Source: Eledone cirrhosa
Lineage: Eukaryota
Direction of reading: 5' to 3'
Length of the DNA: 64,000 bases
Assembly: GCA_964016885.1 (NCBI GenBank)
Contig: OZ024740.1
Span: 260,276,001-260,340,000, forward strand
Positions 26,845 to 40,062 of this stretch are shown piece after piece (within the stretch, counting starts at the first letter, position 1; each line of letters starts with the position of its first letter). A program made the position numbers and the translations under genes. Below the pieces are notes generated by a model. It saw only the letters and a list, made by a program, of their open reading frames with translations. It was not told the DNA's origin and ran no database searches.

Positions 26845-27445
26845 TGATGTGTTATTTTATGTCTCTCTTTAGTTCTGACCTACACCATCTTGTTTTTGTG
26901 TGTTATGTACTTGGTTTGTGCATGCATTACATCTGCGTGAGTGTCTTTTTATTTATTTATTTATATGTTTATTTATTTGTCAACAGTTGGTTGTTTGTTC
27001 TGTCTGTGTGTCTGGTTTGTTTTATTAGTTTGGTTCTTGTGTGTCTCTGTATGTCTTTATTGTGTCCTGAGTTACCAGTTGTGATGTTGTTGCTATTCCA
27101 CTCATGTTTTCTGTTTAATTTTGGTTGGAGTTTGTTTAAGCGACCAACATAAACAAACTTCAACTAATATTAAACAGAAAATACGAGTGGAATAGCAACA
27201 ACATTACAACTAGTAATTAAGGACAAGATGGAGACATACAGACAAACACAAACCAAACTGATAAAACCAGACACAAAGAGATAGAACAAACAACCAAATA
27301 GTGACAAGTAAATAAACGCATAAATAAATAAATAAAAACACACACCTGAATGTAACGCATGCGCAAACCAAGTACACAGCACACAACACACAAAAACAAG
27401 ATGGTGTACGACAAAACAAAGGAGAGACACAAAATAAGAAAATCA

Positions 27446-27488
27446 GTCACTGAGGAGGTCACAGAATGTGTGACAAAAGAGCTTTGAC
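27446..27488 (+). ncRNA. Minimal type-I hammerhead with G12A (probably inactive)
   Basis: GTCA-CTGAGGA-G-GTCACA gaatg TGTGAC-AAAA-GAGC-TT-TGAC. Confidence 0.6.
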
Positions 27489-27670
27489 AATAAATAAACA
27501 ACCATCCAGTTATTGAACCAGCTAACCAGAAATTTGTAACAAATAGAAATGAAAAGCAACAAGTATAACAATATCTATTTCTACACATGTTTTCAGATAA
27601 GAAATTTTGCAAAACAAATTCAAAAACGAAATATATATATATATATATATATTTCCTTTCTGAATTTGTT

Positions 27671-27728
<58 letters not shown>

Positions 27729-27741
27729 TTTAAAAATTCTT

Positions 27742-27910
27742 AAATTTATACATAGAAATATTTATTATTATCAAATTTATACATAGAAATATTTATTATT
27801 ATCAAATTTATACATAGAAATACTTATTATTATCAAAATTTATACATAGAAATACTTATTATTATCAAAATTTATACATAGAAATATTTATCTATTTATT
27901 ATTATCAAAT
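27742..27910. repeat. 31-32 bp tandem repeat, about 5 copies
   Basis: Unit aaatttatacatagaaatatttattattatc. Confidence 0.9.
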
Positions 27911-27914
27911 TCAC

Positions 27915-28490
27915 ATCATCAGTCTGGAACCCCTATCTTGCTCAGAACATTGAGCTCCTGGAAACTGTTCAGAGACGCGCAACCAAGCGCATACCCTCCA
28001 TCAGACACCTACCATACTCTGAACGCCTTGCTTCCCTGGGCATGGATTCATTGAAGCTCTGATGTCTGGCAATGGACTTGGTAAACACCCACAAAGTTAT
28101 TAACCATCTCGCCAACAACAACCCTGAACACCTTTTTGATCTCCATGTGTCTAACACATGTGGACATGGCTACAAAATCAGAAAACAGCACAGCTCCCAT
28201 GACTTTCGGAAACATTTTTTCACGCTCAGAGTTGCTGAAGCATGGAACAAACTGCCTGCGTCAGTTGTTAGCTGCTGAGACACTGCATCCTTTAAAACCC
28301 TCATGCTTCCTGAAATTCGCCAAAACTACACCTGATGTATCCCTTCCATACACATGCACACATGTGTATATCATGCACTGTTCATTTTCCTGACCTTTGT
28401 ACATTACCCTATGTACTATACATACACTTTTTGATGAGTTGTAGAGCACCTGAGCACTGTACATAATATTTCATTATTATTATTATTATT
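27915..28490 (+). mobile_element. CR1-clade LINE 3' end (C-terminus, 3' UTR, (ATT)n tail)
   Basis: VWNPYLAQNIELLETVQRRATK, GHGYKI and RKHFFTLRVAEAWNKLP. A 3' UTR remnant of the same family lies at 13145-13260. Confidence 0.9.
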
Positions 28491-28499
28491 ATTTAAAAC

Positions 28500-29665
28500 C
28501 ATATTTACTATATGGTGCTCTTATAGAAATTTTTACTTCTATTATAATATAAATTACAATTAATTATTAGGTTAAACATTAGATAAAACAATATATCTTT
28601 AAATAATATACATTCCTTAACTTACTTAATAAAAGTTTGTTTACAATTCACATACTTGAGACATTCAAATTTTACATAAATGTTTAAATTTATATAACTA
28701 ACCTTATACAATAATAGATTATACATAATATTATACATCTTCACTTAAAAAAAAATATAATTATTTTCACATTCTTAAGGTATATATAAAAAATGCAGAT
28801 ATATCATCGCTTGATATATCTTATGCTCTTTCATGATTCTATGTCTATATATACTTAAATAAAATCTATATTCACGCATAATCATTATATACTAAATAAT
28901 TTTTTTTTTCAAATAACAATATACAATAATGTCTTATACTACAATACATTATATTTATAACTGTAGTCATCATAATATTAACATATATGCGAAAAATATA
29001 TCCACTCGTATATCTAAATACAGGGTATTTTTCACATATTATATTGTTGTAATTGCTTTAATAAATTAATAGTTCTCAATTTAATACATTACTTTATAAT
29101 TCTCATCTAAATATTATAAATACTTCCATATTCTTAAAATATATTATAAAATTAACTAAATAAATAAATATAATTATTTCATTCTTTCTGTACCCATGTA
29201 AATATGTTTGGGTGTATATATGCATATTTCTATAAATAATCGTAAATTAACTTTAAAATATTTTTTTCAAATTTAATAGCAATCCCTTAAAAAAAAAACA
29301 ATTTAGATTAATATTTAAAATCTATCTAGCGTCTAAACTTAACAGTCCTTTTCAGTTTTAACGTTATCCTCATTAGCATATTTCTCATGAGTTTTGAAAG
29401 ATTATATTCACTATCTTCAATAAACTTATAACATGAAGTTCACACGAAGATATGTTACTATCTTTCCACCAATTGTTGTATTTTATCTGACGAAAGCATA
29501 CTAAAATATTAGTACCCTTGAAATACCTATAATAAAATAAATATGGTTTTATAAAGATATTTTCCATTTATTAATATTATTGATATCGATGATACACCGG
29601 ATAAATACCATTGAGTGCTTCTAATCTGTTGTAAATTAACCTTGTTGAATAAACCAAATAACTCA
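28500..29665 (-). mobile_element. Extremely AT-rich degenerate LINE-like remnant (paralogue of 1-310)
   Basis: Homology to 1-310 seen directly. Family assignment is tentative. Confidence 0.35.
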
Positions 29666-29670
29666 TTGTT

Positions 29671-29706
<36 letters not shown>

Positions 29707-29872
29707 TGTGATCATGTCAATATGCCTGTTTACTTTTGTATCTGTGTTTATGATCCATAAGAAAAAAAAGATGGATCAATAAAATAAATTGAAAGAGATT
29801 GATATGATCAAAGTGATGCCACAGCATGGCTGATACCAGCTAAAAATGAAAAGTATATATATATATATATAT

Positions 29873-30096
29873 AACGAAGGAAGTGTGGTAATGAACCAGG
29901 TGGACCATAACGCACCAGAGTAACAATACTTTGGGTAGTAGAGTGGGTAATAGGAAAATGTTCAAGTCCCTGATGGCAGAGCTCAAGCCGTTTCGACGGC
30001 TATTTCTGGACTAAAAAAAAATTTTTTTTTTTTAGTCCAGAAATAGCCGTCAAAACGGCTTGAGCTCTGCCATCAGGGACTTGAACATTTTCCTAT
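29873..30096 (-). mobile_element. Second copy of the hairpin-bearing element (see 7270-7470)
   Basis: Palindrome 29950-30096 with an An/Tn centre and the same arm limits as the copy at 7348-7470. Confidence 0.75.
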
Positions 30097-31909
30097 ATGT
30101 ATATATATAGATATATGTATATATGTTGTTTGCTACTTCTTGTCAGAAGAGTGCCATACCATCGTTGAACATTGCATGATAAAGTGCATGCAGGTGAATT
30201 TTTAGATCAGCTTTTGTTGTGCAGGCATGTTCACAGACATGACACTTGAACTGTCTAAACACATTCTGTACACCTTATAAAGTTGTTGGTTTTAAGAAGA
30301 GCATCCAATCATGAAGCCATGTCAAATATGGAACATAATAAGAAAGATTGGTCACTCTTACCAATCTGGTCTTCATTAGCTGTCACCCTTGCATACCAGT
30401 TACCCCTCTCCACACCCCCAACGTTGTTAAAGGAAAGGCAATGGTCGATACAGCTTGGAACCAACGATGCTGCAACTCATTTCTACAGCTAAGTGAACTG
30501 CAGCAACAAGAAATAAAGTGTCTTGCTCAATGACACAACACATTGCTCAGTCTGGGAATCAAATTCACAACCTCCCGATTGGGAATCTAACTTTCTAATT
30601 ACTTAGCCATGCACTAAGATACTAACTTAACATAGGCTTCTTATATGAAATTATGCTGGAAAATGTTACTTTAAATAGGAAGCCATTAAAAGGTTGGGTT
30701 TTTTCATAGAACCAGGAATGTTTTTGATTGGATAGAACTAGGAATGGTTTTGTTCCATAGAATCAGGAATGGTTTTGTTCCATAGAACCAGGACTGATTA
30801 GATAGATATCAATAGGGTTAAATAAAGGACATATTTGATAAAGGAGTATTAGATACTCTATGTAAATGAGAGGATGGTCAGAACTAGTAATCTCCACCAG
30901 GGAAGACCTGGGACTAAACAAAAACTACTACTACTACTACTACTACTACTAGTACTACTATCATCCCTACAACAACACTACCACCATCACAACAACAACA
31001 ACAATAAGACCAACCAATCTAAGACAGACCAGAATCTGTTAAGAAAACACTTTCAAACTGTTAGGCATCCAATATGGCAACATTACAAGAATGTAAAGCT
31101 GGAGACGGGATTAATATTTTGGTTAAAAATAATAATGACAACATTCTTGGAATATATTTGAGAAATTTAGTATAATTTCTGTTCTGTTCTGTTTCAGTGT
31201 AAATACAGATATCTTTCTACTGATTGTAACTAAATCACCCACCCTTCTGTTTTAATCATACTAAAACTACAACATACAATATTCACTTTATTTCTTCAAA
31301 CTTTCAACATTAACTTTGAGGGAGCCCTACTCTTTCACTACTTCATTGTTGGAACTGATGGAGGTCTAATGTGTGTGTATATATGTGTGGATGTATTTGT
31401 GGGTATGTATAAGTATATGTGTGTATGTGTATATATTTGTGTATGTATGTATGTATATGTATGTGTATATATATATGTGTGTGTGTATGTGAGGGATGTA
31501 TGTGAGTGTGTATGCAATGTATTTGTCTAATAAAATTAGGAATAAAGTAAACCTATATGAATATTATATGAAGAATAGTTGTAGTTGTTGTTGTTGTTGC
31601 CAATAAAGACCTCTAATGTAAAGCGTTCCAACCATGGCAAATCCAATTTTCCCCTATAAATCAAGTATCTAACACAATATCAACCAATGTGACATTAGAT
31701 ATCACATTTCATTTTAACTGTAGGTTGTGTCTTAAGAGGGATATCAAAGTTGGTGAAAATTAGAGAAAAGTGGTGAGAATAAGGTGAATATATTTTCTGT
31801 ATTAGTTTTAGACTTTTGGTAACAGTTTTTAATCTTTCCATTACCATATTTCTAATGAAAGAAGATATTGTTTATAATTTTCAAATCAATTAAAATATAA
31901 TCAACAGAA

Positions 31910-32730
31910 CAGGGAAATGGCCATGTTTCATATGTAGAAAAGGAGTTGGCATAAATTCTATAAAATGTACACAATGCAGATCTTGGGTACACAGATGTAG
32001 TGAGATAGCAGGCAAACTAACAAGTAGGGAAAACTACATATGCAGTAGATGTACAGGGAAATTTGACAGTAGAAGTCACATTTTTAAAATGTAGGTAGGA
32101 TCTATAGAGGTGGTTGATAGCTTCCGATACCTAGGTGATCAGATTAGCAAGGGAGGAGGGTGCTCCGAGGCCATAATATCTAGAATAAGGACGGGTTGGA
32201 AGAAGTTTAGGGAGCTGCTTCCTCTGTTGACAAAGAAGGGTTTCTCCCTACGAACGAAAGACCAGTTATATGATGCCTGTGTGAGATGCACGATGCTGTA
32301 TGGTAGTGAGACATGGGCAGCAACTGTGGAAGATATGCGATGGCTGGAGAAAAATGAAGCAAGCATGCTCTGTTGGATGTGCAATGTCAATGTGCATGAA
32401 CAACCAAGCATAGACAAGTTGAGAGAGAAACTGTGTATAAGAGGGATAGGCTGTAGTGTACGGGAGAGTAGACTGCATTGGTATGGCCATGTGATGTGCA
32501 TGGAGGATGACCGCTGGGTAAAGTAGTGCCAAGAAATCCCAGTAAAAGGAAGACACAGCAGAGGAAGACCCCGAAAAATATGGGCGGAGGTGGTGAGAGC
32601 AGATTGCTGAAGCTTACGGAGGAGATGATGAAGGACTGTGATGAATGGGGAGAGATTGTGCTGAATAGGACTCGTCCAACCCTTGCAAGCAAGGAAAAGC
32701 AGATGTAAAATGATGATGATGATGATGATG
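31910..32730 (+). mobile_element. RTE LINE 3' fragment
   Basis: VDSFRYLGD, LYGSETW and RLHWYGHV motifs; (GAT)n tail. Confidence 0.9.
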
Positions 32731-33082
32731 AACAGCCTTCTTATGAGATTAAGGAGTAAGTGACTGAGCCTTTCACTGATATGTGTACACTTAACGTAAT
32801 TCTCAAGGAGATTCAGTGTAATATAATGTGTAACAAGGTTGGCCCTTTCAATTACAGGCATTGTCCATCAGTTGGGCTTCCAAACAGTTTCTGCCAACCT
32901 AATTTCCCTCACAAGGCATGTGTTGACCCAATGATACTTGCCCAACATGCTAAACAGTGGGATTGAACCCAGGACCTGATGATTGCAAAGCAAACTTCTT
33001 AACCATTTGGCCATGCTGTATCTACAAGAAATAAAATGAATATATTTTTTGCAATAGTTTTAGACTCTAGACTGTATTTTAA

Positions 33083-33419
33083 CCCTTTCATTATTATATT
33101 TCCAATGAAAGACATTGCCTAAAATTTTCAAATCATTTAAAATATAATCAAGCATTTGTCAGGATTTAGTAAAGTAGCTAACATTCTCATTACTAAACTG
33201 AAGTTTGGTACATAACTTAACAAAGATTCTTACATATAATTATGGATAAAGACTTTTAGGTATATATAAATACAGCTTAGTATTATAGAACCAGAGGTGG
33301 TTTGGAACAGAACTTAAAGATTCTTACATAAAATTATAAGGAAAGACTTTTAGATATATATAAATGTAGCATAGTATTGTAGAACCAGGGTGGTTTCAGG
33401 TGGTTTGGTACCAAAAGGG
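33083..33419. mobile_element. piggyBac-type MITE
   Basis: TTAA|CCCTTT ... AAAGGG|TTAA ends. A partial relative lies at about 31830-31905. Confidence 0.65.
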
Positions 33420-35641
33420 TTAAGAACAACTTGGCTGTAATTTCTAAAATCTCTAACAATCATGTATTGATGGAAGGGAGGAGGATTCCTTGAAAGTCAA
33501 TGGTGACAGTTTGATGTAAATGGCATAAAATAAAGTGTATACTATGTTGTAGTTCAAGAGCGTTTGCTGTTTTAAGAGGGAAATTTGGCTGCTATATCTA
33601 GAATGTTGAACAATGAAGTAGTGAAAGAGTAAGGCTCCCTCAAAGTTAATGTTGAAAGTTTGAAGAAATAAAGTGAATATTGTATGTTGTAGTTTTAGTA
33701 TGATTAAAACAGAAGGGTGGGTGATTTAGTTACAATCAGTAGAAAGATATCTGTATTTACACTGAAACAGAACAGAACAGAAATTATACTAAATTTCTCA
33801 AATATATTCCAAGAATGTTGTCATTATTATTTTTTAACCAAAATATTAATCCCGTCTTCAGCTTTACATTCTTGTAATGTTGCCATATTGGATGCCTAAC
33901 AGTTTGAAAGTGTTTTCTTAACAGATTCTGGTCTGTCTTAGATTGGTTGGTCTTATTGTTGTTGTTGTGGTGAGAAGGCATGGACCTTCCTAACACCAAC
34001 CTCATTTACAGTGAGTGCTGGGTGCTTTTTTGCCATGGCACCTCCACGACCACTTTGCAGTGGAATGATATGGACCCCAGTCCCTATGATCTCATTTCTA
34101 CAGCTGAGTAAACTGGAGCAATGTGAAATAAAGTGTCTTGCTCAAGGAAACAACACATCACCCAGTCTGAGAATTGAACTCACAACCTTTCGATTGCAAG
34201 GCCAATGCTCTAACCACTAAGCCATGTGCCTCCATATGTAAACATTAATTGAAAAGGTTTGAAGTGATGAGTGTATATGAATTTTCATAAAATTGTAGTA
34301 TTCTCAGCACGAAGGGTAACTATAAACAGCTGGATACTATATGTATAGTAAAAAGTCAGGTTAAGGTATAACCATATATTGAATGGAGAGCAGGAGTAAA
34401 AGGAATAAAGAGAGTCTAAAACATGAGAGGTGTGTGTAGAGAGAGAGAGAAGAGAAGAGTATAGGAGAAAAGAAAAGCAGGAATGAGGTCAATGGAGCAG
34501 AACTTTTGGACAATTGCGAAAAAGGATGAAAATAATGGAGAAAGTAAATTAACAAGGAAAATAGAATGATGTTAATGTCCTATGAATCATCAGCTTCCTT
34601 GTAGACCAACATAGTTTCTCATGGGAGGACTATGTATATAATTCTAGCCCACACAACAGAACTTAAATTTCTGTTGTTCTGAACCTGGATTATGGGAACA
34701 AGAGAGCAGTGAGACATGTCTATACCAAGCTGTGGTCGACAGGAAAAGAGGTTTTCTGTTATTCTGACAGGAACAACAGCAACAGTAGGCGACAAAAGAG
34801 TGGAAGTAGCAGTAGTGTTAATAACAAGGGGGAAACAAAAATAGATAGATATGTGTGTACAAAATACTATGTGTTTCTCAAAAGATATATGGTTCTTTCT
34901 CTCTCTGTATATATTATATATATATCTCTAAATTTAAATTGTTGATGCTCTGGGCAAATGTCCATTGAGCTTTTCTACTGAGAAACCCAAGCATCAGATA
35001 TAATGTATATGTTGTATACCTTAAATTAGTATATAACTGCTCCAAATACATTATTTATTGAGCTGCTCACACTGTAACTAGTATTTCACACCTCTCTCTG
35101 GCGGATATGATATCTAGTCTTGCCTATATCTGCCTCCACAGTTAAAATCTTATTACACCATGCTGTCTATGGTGTTGGTAAAATTCACGGATCCTGGCAG
35201 ATACGAAAAAAGTATTTTGTACTCTATACTCTATTGGAACTTTATTTAAAGACAAAATTTCTCTGATGATTGATTTGTGTCTCCCATAAATTTACCAAAA
35301 TCGATAGTTAGTGATCGATGATCGAGTGCTTAGATCGATTTTAGTTATTGTTTTTTGATAGATAAAAAGTCAGCGGTGCACTATGGATCGATGTTCTGTT
35401 GATAATGCGCCGAAACATCCATGATCAGTAGTAAACAGCTGACAAAGGGAAACTTTTCATCTCTTGTTTGTGTCCCCTTACCTTCTAACACTTCGTTTTC
35501 AGTGACCACACAGCCTCAGCTTTCTTAACCCATATTTTTGTATTTACTGCTGTGACCTCCTCTCTACCTGTCTCGCTCGATTTGTTGTTCCTTGTCGGAC
35601 TTAGTACAGGCATTAGTACATATATACAGACATTAGTACAT

Positions 35642-37762
35642 AAGAAGGTAGCTTGGAAGTGTCACTACGAAAGGCTACTAAATGAGGAGAATAAATGGGA
35701 GAAAGACAGTCTCCCCCACATCGATCCAATAGAGGGACCAGCAGTGCAAGTTGAAGGTAGTATAATAAGTAAGGCAATCAAAGATATGAAGACAGGTAAG
35801 GCGGCTGGGCCTTCGGAAATAGTTGCTGAAATGCTGAAAGCATCCTGAACAGTGGGACACACTATGGTCACCCGGATAGTAAATCATACAGAATGGGGTC
35901 GTACCGAATGGGGTCGTACCGAAGGACTGGCGTAGCAGCATCATCATTAACTGCTACAAGGGTAAAGGAGATGCCCTAGATAGGGGAAACTATAGAGGCA
36001 TTAAATTAATTGACCAGGTCATGAAGGTCACAGAAAAAGTAATAGCGCAACTAATCAGATAGCGAATTGATCTAGATGAAATGCAGTTCGGGTTTGTGTC
36101 AGGTAAAAGTACCACAGACGCTCTTTTCATTGTACGACAACTACAGGAGAAGTACCAAGCTAAAAGTAAACCCCTATACTTAGCTTTTGTTGACTTGGAG
36201 AAAGCCTTTGACAGAGTCGCACGCCCCATTATCTGGTGGGCTCTCAGAAAACTAGGTGTTGATGAATGGCTTGTGAGAGCTATACAAGCCATGTATAAAG
36301 AAACAGTCAGCAAGGTTAGAATTAACAACAAATATAGTGAAGAGTTTAGCGTAAAAGTTGGTGTTCATCAGGGCTCCGTCCTTAGCCCCCTCCTATTTAT
36401 TATTGCCCTTCAGAGGAGTTCAAGACCGGCTGCCCATGGGAACTCCTATATGCAGATGATCTAATGCTCATAGCTGAATCAATGGCTGAACTAGAGAAGA
36501 AATTCCAAACATGGAAGCATGGCCTAGAATCAAAAGGCCTTAAAATTAACCTGTCTAAGACTAAAGTTCTAGTATGTAGGAAGGAAAATAGGGTACTGGT
36601 CCCATCCGGGAAATGGCCATGCTCAGTGTGTAGGAAAGGAGTAGGCAGAAACTCCATTTTATGTCCCAAATGCAAAGTATGGGTGCATAAAAGATGTAGT
36701 GGGATCACAGGTAAGCTAACTAAGAATATAGATTTTATATGTGGCCGGTGCTCAGGTGCACTAAGTAGCAGCAAGTGCCCACAGAATACTAGCTCATTCC
36801 ATTGCACAGATGGTTCTATAGAAATAGTGGACACTTTCCGTTACCTGGGTGACAAAATCAGCAGTGGTGGAGGGTGCTCTGAAAGTACAGTAGCTAGAGT
36901 CAGAATGAGATGGAAAAAGTTCAGAGAGCTTATACCACTATTAGCCGCTAAAGGGTTCTCCCTAAAAATGAAAGGCAGACTATATGATGCCTGCATACGA
37001 ACAGCAATGTTACATGGCAGTGAGACATGGGCAGTGTGTGCAGAGGATATACGCAGACTGGAGAGGAACGAAGCTTGCATGCTCCGTTGGATGTGTAATA
37101 GTAATATACGTGAACGGCAAAGTGAGAAATTAGGAATAAGAGGGATCAGATGCTATTTACTCGAGAGAAGACTATGTTGATATGGTCACGTGATGCGCAT
37201 GAAAGACGACAGCTGTATAAAAAAGTGCAGGGCAATCAAAATAGATGGTAGCCATGGAGTAGGCAGACCCAGAAAAACCTGGAACGACTTGATAAATTCC
37301 GACCTCACACACTTACACCTCTCCAAGACAATGTCACTGGACCGAGATCTTTGGCGCTACACAGTAATAGAGAAGACTCTCCTTGCCTAAATACAAAGTG
37401 AAACCTACAGTCAGTAGGCACCTCTTAACCAAAATAAACCCCCGTCCCACTAATCGTACCCCCACCCCATCCACACCACCCCTTTCGATGTAAAGTTATG
37501 TTGGTATCACAACATCCAGTCCTAAATAAATGAGGTCGTGTAGGTGTGACAACAATATAACACAGTCCACGCTGTAATGTGGCCGTGTAGGTAACTCGGT
37601 AAAAACCTCCCAGTCCACACTGTAAACGTGGTTGGTGTTAGGAAGGGCATCCAGCCGTGGAAAACCCGCCAGACAGTCCTATACGAGCAAGACAACAATC
37701 TTGCCATGCGTAGAAAATGGGACGTTAAACGACGATGATGATGATGATGATGATGATGATGA
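35642..37762 (+). mobile_element. 5'-truncated RTE LINE: full RT with PHD-finger insert, 3' UTR and (GAT)n tail
   Basis: NYRGIKLI, QFGF, AFVDLEKAFDRV, GVHQGSVLSPLLF, YADDL, then WPCSVC...CPKC.VWVHKRC...FICGRC, then FRYLGD. A few frameshifts and stops. Confidence 0.95.
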
Positions 37763-38106
37763 TCTATATATATATAAATAAACAATGAAAGAAGGAAATT
37801 GACAATTTTTCAACTTATCTTCTCTATGCCAAATAATCAGTCTAATGTAAAATTTTAAAAGTTTTGTTTGTTTGTTTTGCATTACTAGGAAATGGCGATT
37901 TCCTAGCCTCTGCTATCCTAAACACAGCTATTCTATATGAGCAATTTTCTATCACAAATATATGCACATACACAACACACATATATATATATTAACAGCT
38001 ATATAGATATAAACAGACATTAGTACATATATCTATATATATATATAAATAAACATCGAAAGAAGGAAATTGACAATTTTTGAACTTATCTTCTCTATGC
38101 CAAACA

Positions 38107-38161
<55 letters not shown>

Positions 38162-38341
38162 TTAGGTTTGAAGGTTCACCACTGGATAGAGCTGGTCATT
38201 CCGTATGGTCAATCTTGATGTAATAATATGGAGAGTAGCTCAACTGTCTTCGTCTGTGTAGTTGGCGGTGCGAGTACGGAGTTAATTATTATAATAAAAT
38301 AACAGGAGGCTGGACTTGTGTAAATCCTTGAAAGGTTTATT

Positions 38342-38399
38342 ATACTATGATCATTTCAATGACTGGGTTCCGTATGAATTCGGTGATATCATCAGGTAT
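38342..38399 (-). ncRNA. Type-I hammerhead motif with an imperfect long stem II
   Basis: ATAC-CTGATGA-(30 nt)-GAAA-TGATCA-TA-GTAT. Stem III is the palindrome ATGATCAT. Confidence 0.6.
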
Positions 38400-38962
38400 T
38401 CGAAATATAATAAATGTATGTAACAGATACAATCCATGGGGCTGAAAATCATAGACCCAAGGACGACCGATCATCTAGCATCTTCCACTTTAGCCAGTCG
38501 CCCTCAAGTGCGGGCTATTCGGTCTACTTAAGGTTATCTGGCGAAAGCTTATAATGTGCTACTAACCTCCCAGTCAAAGAGAAAAAAAAGACAGAAAGAA
38601 AGAAGAAAAGTCAGCGTTAATGTCATGCTACAATCAGGCTAAGAATTGCCGTGAAAAATGTTATTCTAAAGAACCTATATCTTAACAGAGGTATATATTA
38701 TAGCAGAGGTATATATAGTGGGCGTCTGCATGGTATAATGTGTGAACAGAAAATTGGAACATTCAATTTTTGTTTAGATTTATAGGATGAAATAAAAAAA
38801 AATTAAATTAAAGATTAAAATTATAAAATAAAAAAAAATTAGAAAATTAAAAATGAAACAGTTTAAAAAAATTTAAGGTTTGGGTTGCAAGATTTAGTTA
38901 AAGAATTTACAGAGAGAGTCTTTTATGAAAAAATTTTAAGTGTATTATAGAGATCCTCTATA

Positions 38963-39061
38963 AGTCGCCGCATGCTGTTTGACTGCTAAGCAAGGACTTA
39001 ATCTTTACTCTATGAGTAAAGATTAAGTCCTTGCTTAGCAGTCAAACAGCATGCGGCGACT
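38963..39061. repeat. Perfect palindrome with 48-bp arms and a 3-nt loop
   Basis: agtcgccgcatgctgtttgactgctaagcaaggacttaatctttactc-tat-reverse complement. Confidence 0.95.
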
Positions 39062-40013
39062 CAAGACTCCGGCCAGCCCATCCTAACCACGTGTCAGCCA
39101 TTCCGAGTGAAATCGTCTAGCGAAAGATATGGAAATCAATTATTCCAAGCACTCTAGGAATGTATTCCAGGCTTCAGGTGTGCTAGTGGGAAGTCAGCCA
39201 TCGTCGTTAGGCCATCGTTATACCAAACGAGTACTATTAATTTACACAGGAGGGGGATTTGTTTAAGTAGAGGGAGGCATGATACAGCTAATAGTTATGA
39301 TTAGGCCTAGAATTTAAAGGTACTATATGGCGGTCAAAAACGGCTACGCGGCGGGCCCCGGGGCAAATCAAGACGCTCCGAGTAATTTCATTTACCGAAA
39401 GAAGGGGAAATTTATTTTTCCAAGCACTCAAGGGAGGTTTATGCACCAGGGCGCCGGGCGCGCAGCCAGGAAAACCACCACACCAGTCGGATCATCGCGT
39501 GTAATCAATTATAAAACCCGATGAAAAGCGCAAATAGACTATATCTAGGTCCCCAGATAGTCCGGGTTATAGGTATTGTGGTTCTCAGGGGGAGATATTC
39601 TAGTGTTGTGTGCTAATGAGTACAATGATAAGTACTTAATGAGAGTAAAGCGAGTAAAAACCTAAATAAAAGGAACAGTAAGCAAACAACAAAAAATACA
39701 TAGATAAATAAAAGCAGAACACGAAGATAAAAACACATTAATAAAGTAAAAAGGTAGAAATATATAAATAAATAAATAAAACGCTGTCATAGCTAGGGTG
39801 GTGGTGGTATAAGCACATATCGGAGATATTATATATATATATATTATTATATATATATTATTATATATATATTATTATATATATATTATTATATATATAT
39901 ACCCATGCTAGTGTGGAAAAACGGACGTTAAACGAAAATGATGATGATGATGATGATATATAAACAAGAAGTGTAAGTCAACAGGTTAAAATTAACTTTA
40001 TTTATTCATATTC

Positions 40014-40062
40014 GCTGTTATATATATTTTGTTATGCAACAGCTAACACGTCATCAGAGAGC
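40014..40062 (-). ncRNA. Degenerate hammerhead (G12A)
   Basis: GCTCT-CTGATGA-cgtgttagctgttgcataac-AAAA-TATATA-TA-ACAGC. Confidence 0.45.

Larger units (their letters stand above)
26740..27630. mobile_element. Two head-to-head copies of a PLE-like 3' UTR family, each with an HHR
   Basis: 26750-27125 (-) and 27170-27540 (+) are homologous reverse complements. A third copy lies at 55345-55830. Confidence 0.8.
30995..33968. repeat. Long inverted duplication: 30995-31350 versus 33609-33968
   Basis: About 355 bp of near-identical reverse complements. The ORF track shows the same peptide KTNQSKTDQNLLRKHFQTVRHPIWQHYKNVKL on both strands. Confidence 0.92.

Noticed and set aside
30150-30260. C2H2 zinc-finger exon on the minus strand (FKCHVCEHACTTKADLKIHLH)
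   Set aside because: It resembles the C-terminal finger of RTE LINEs (compare 50270-50560), so it is more likely a TE relic than a host ZNF exon.
35370-35443. Structured segment with CTGTTGA...GAAAC as a type-III HHR
   Set aside because: There is no stem I and no stem II pairing.
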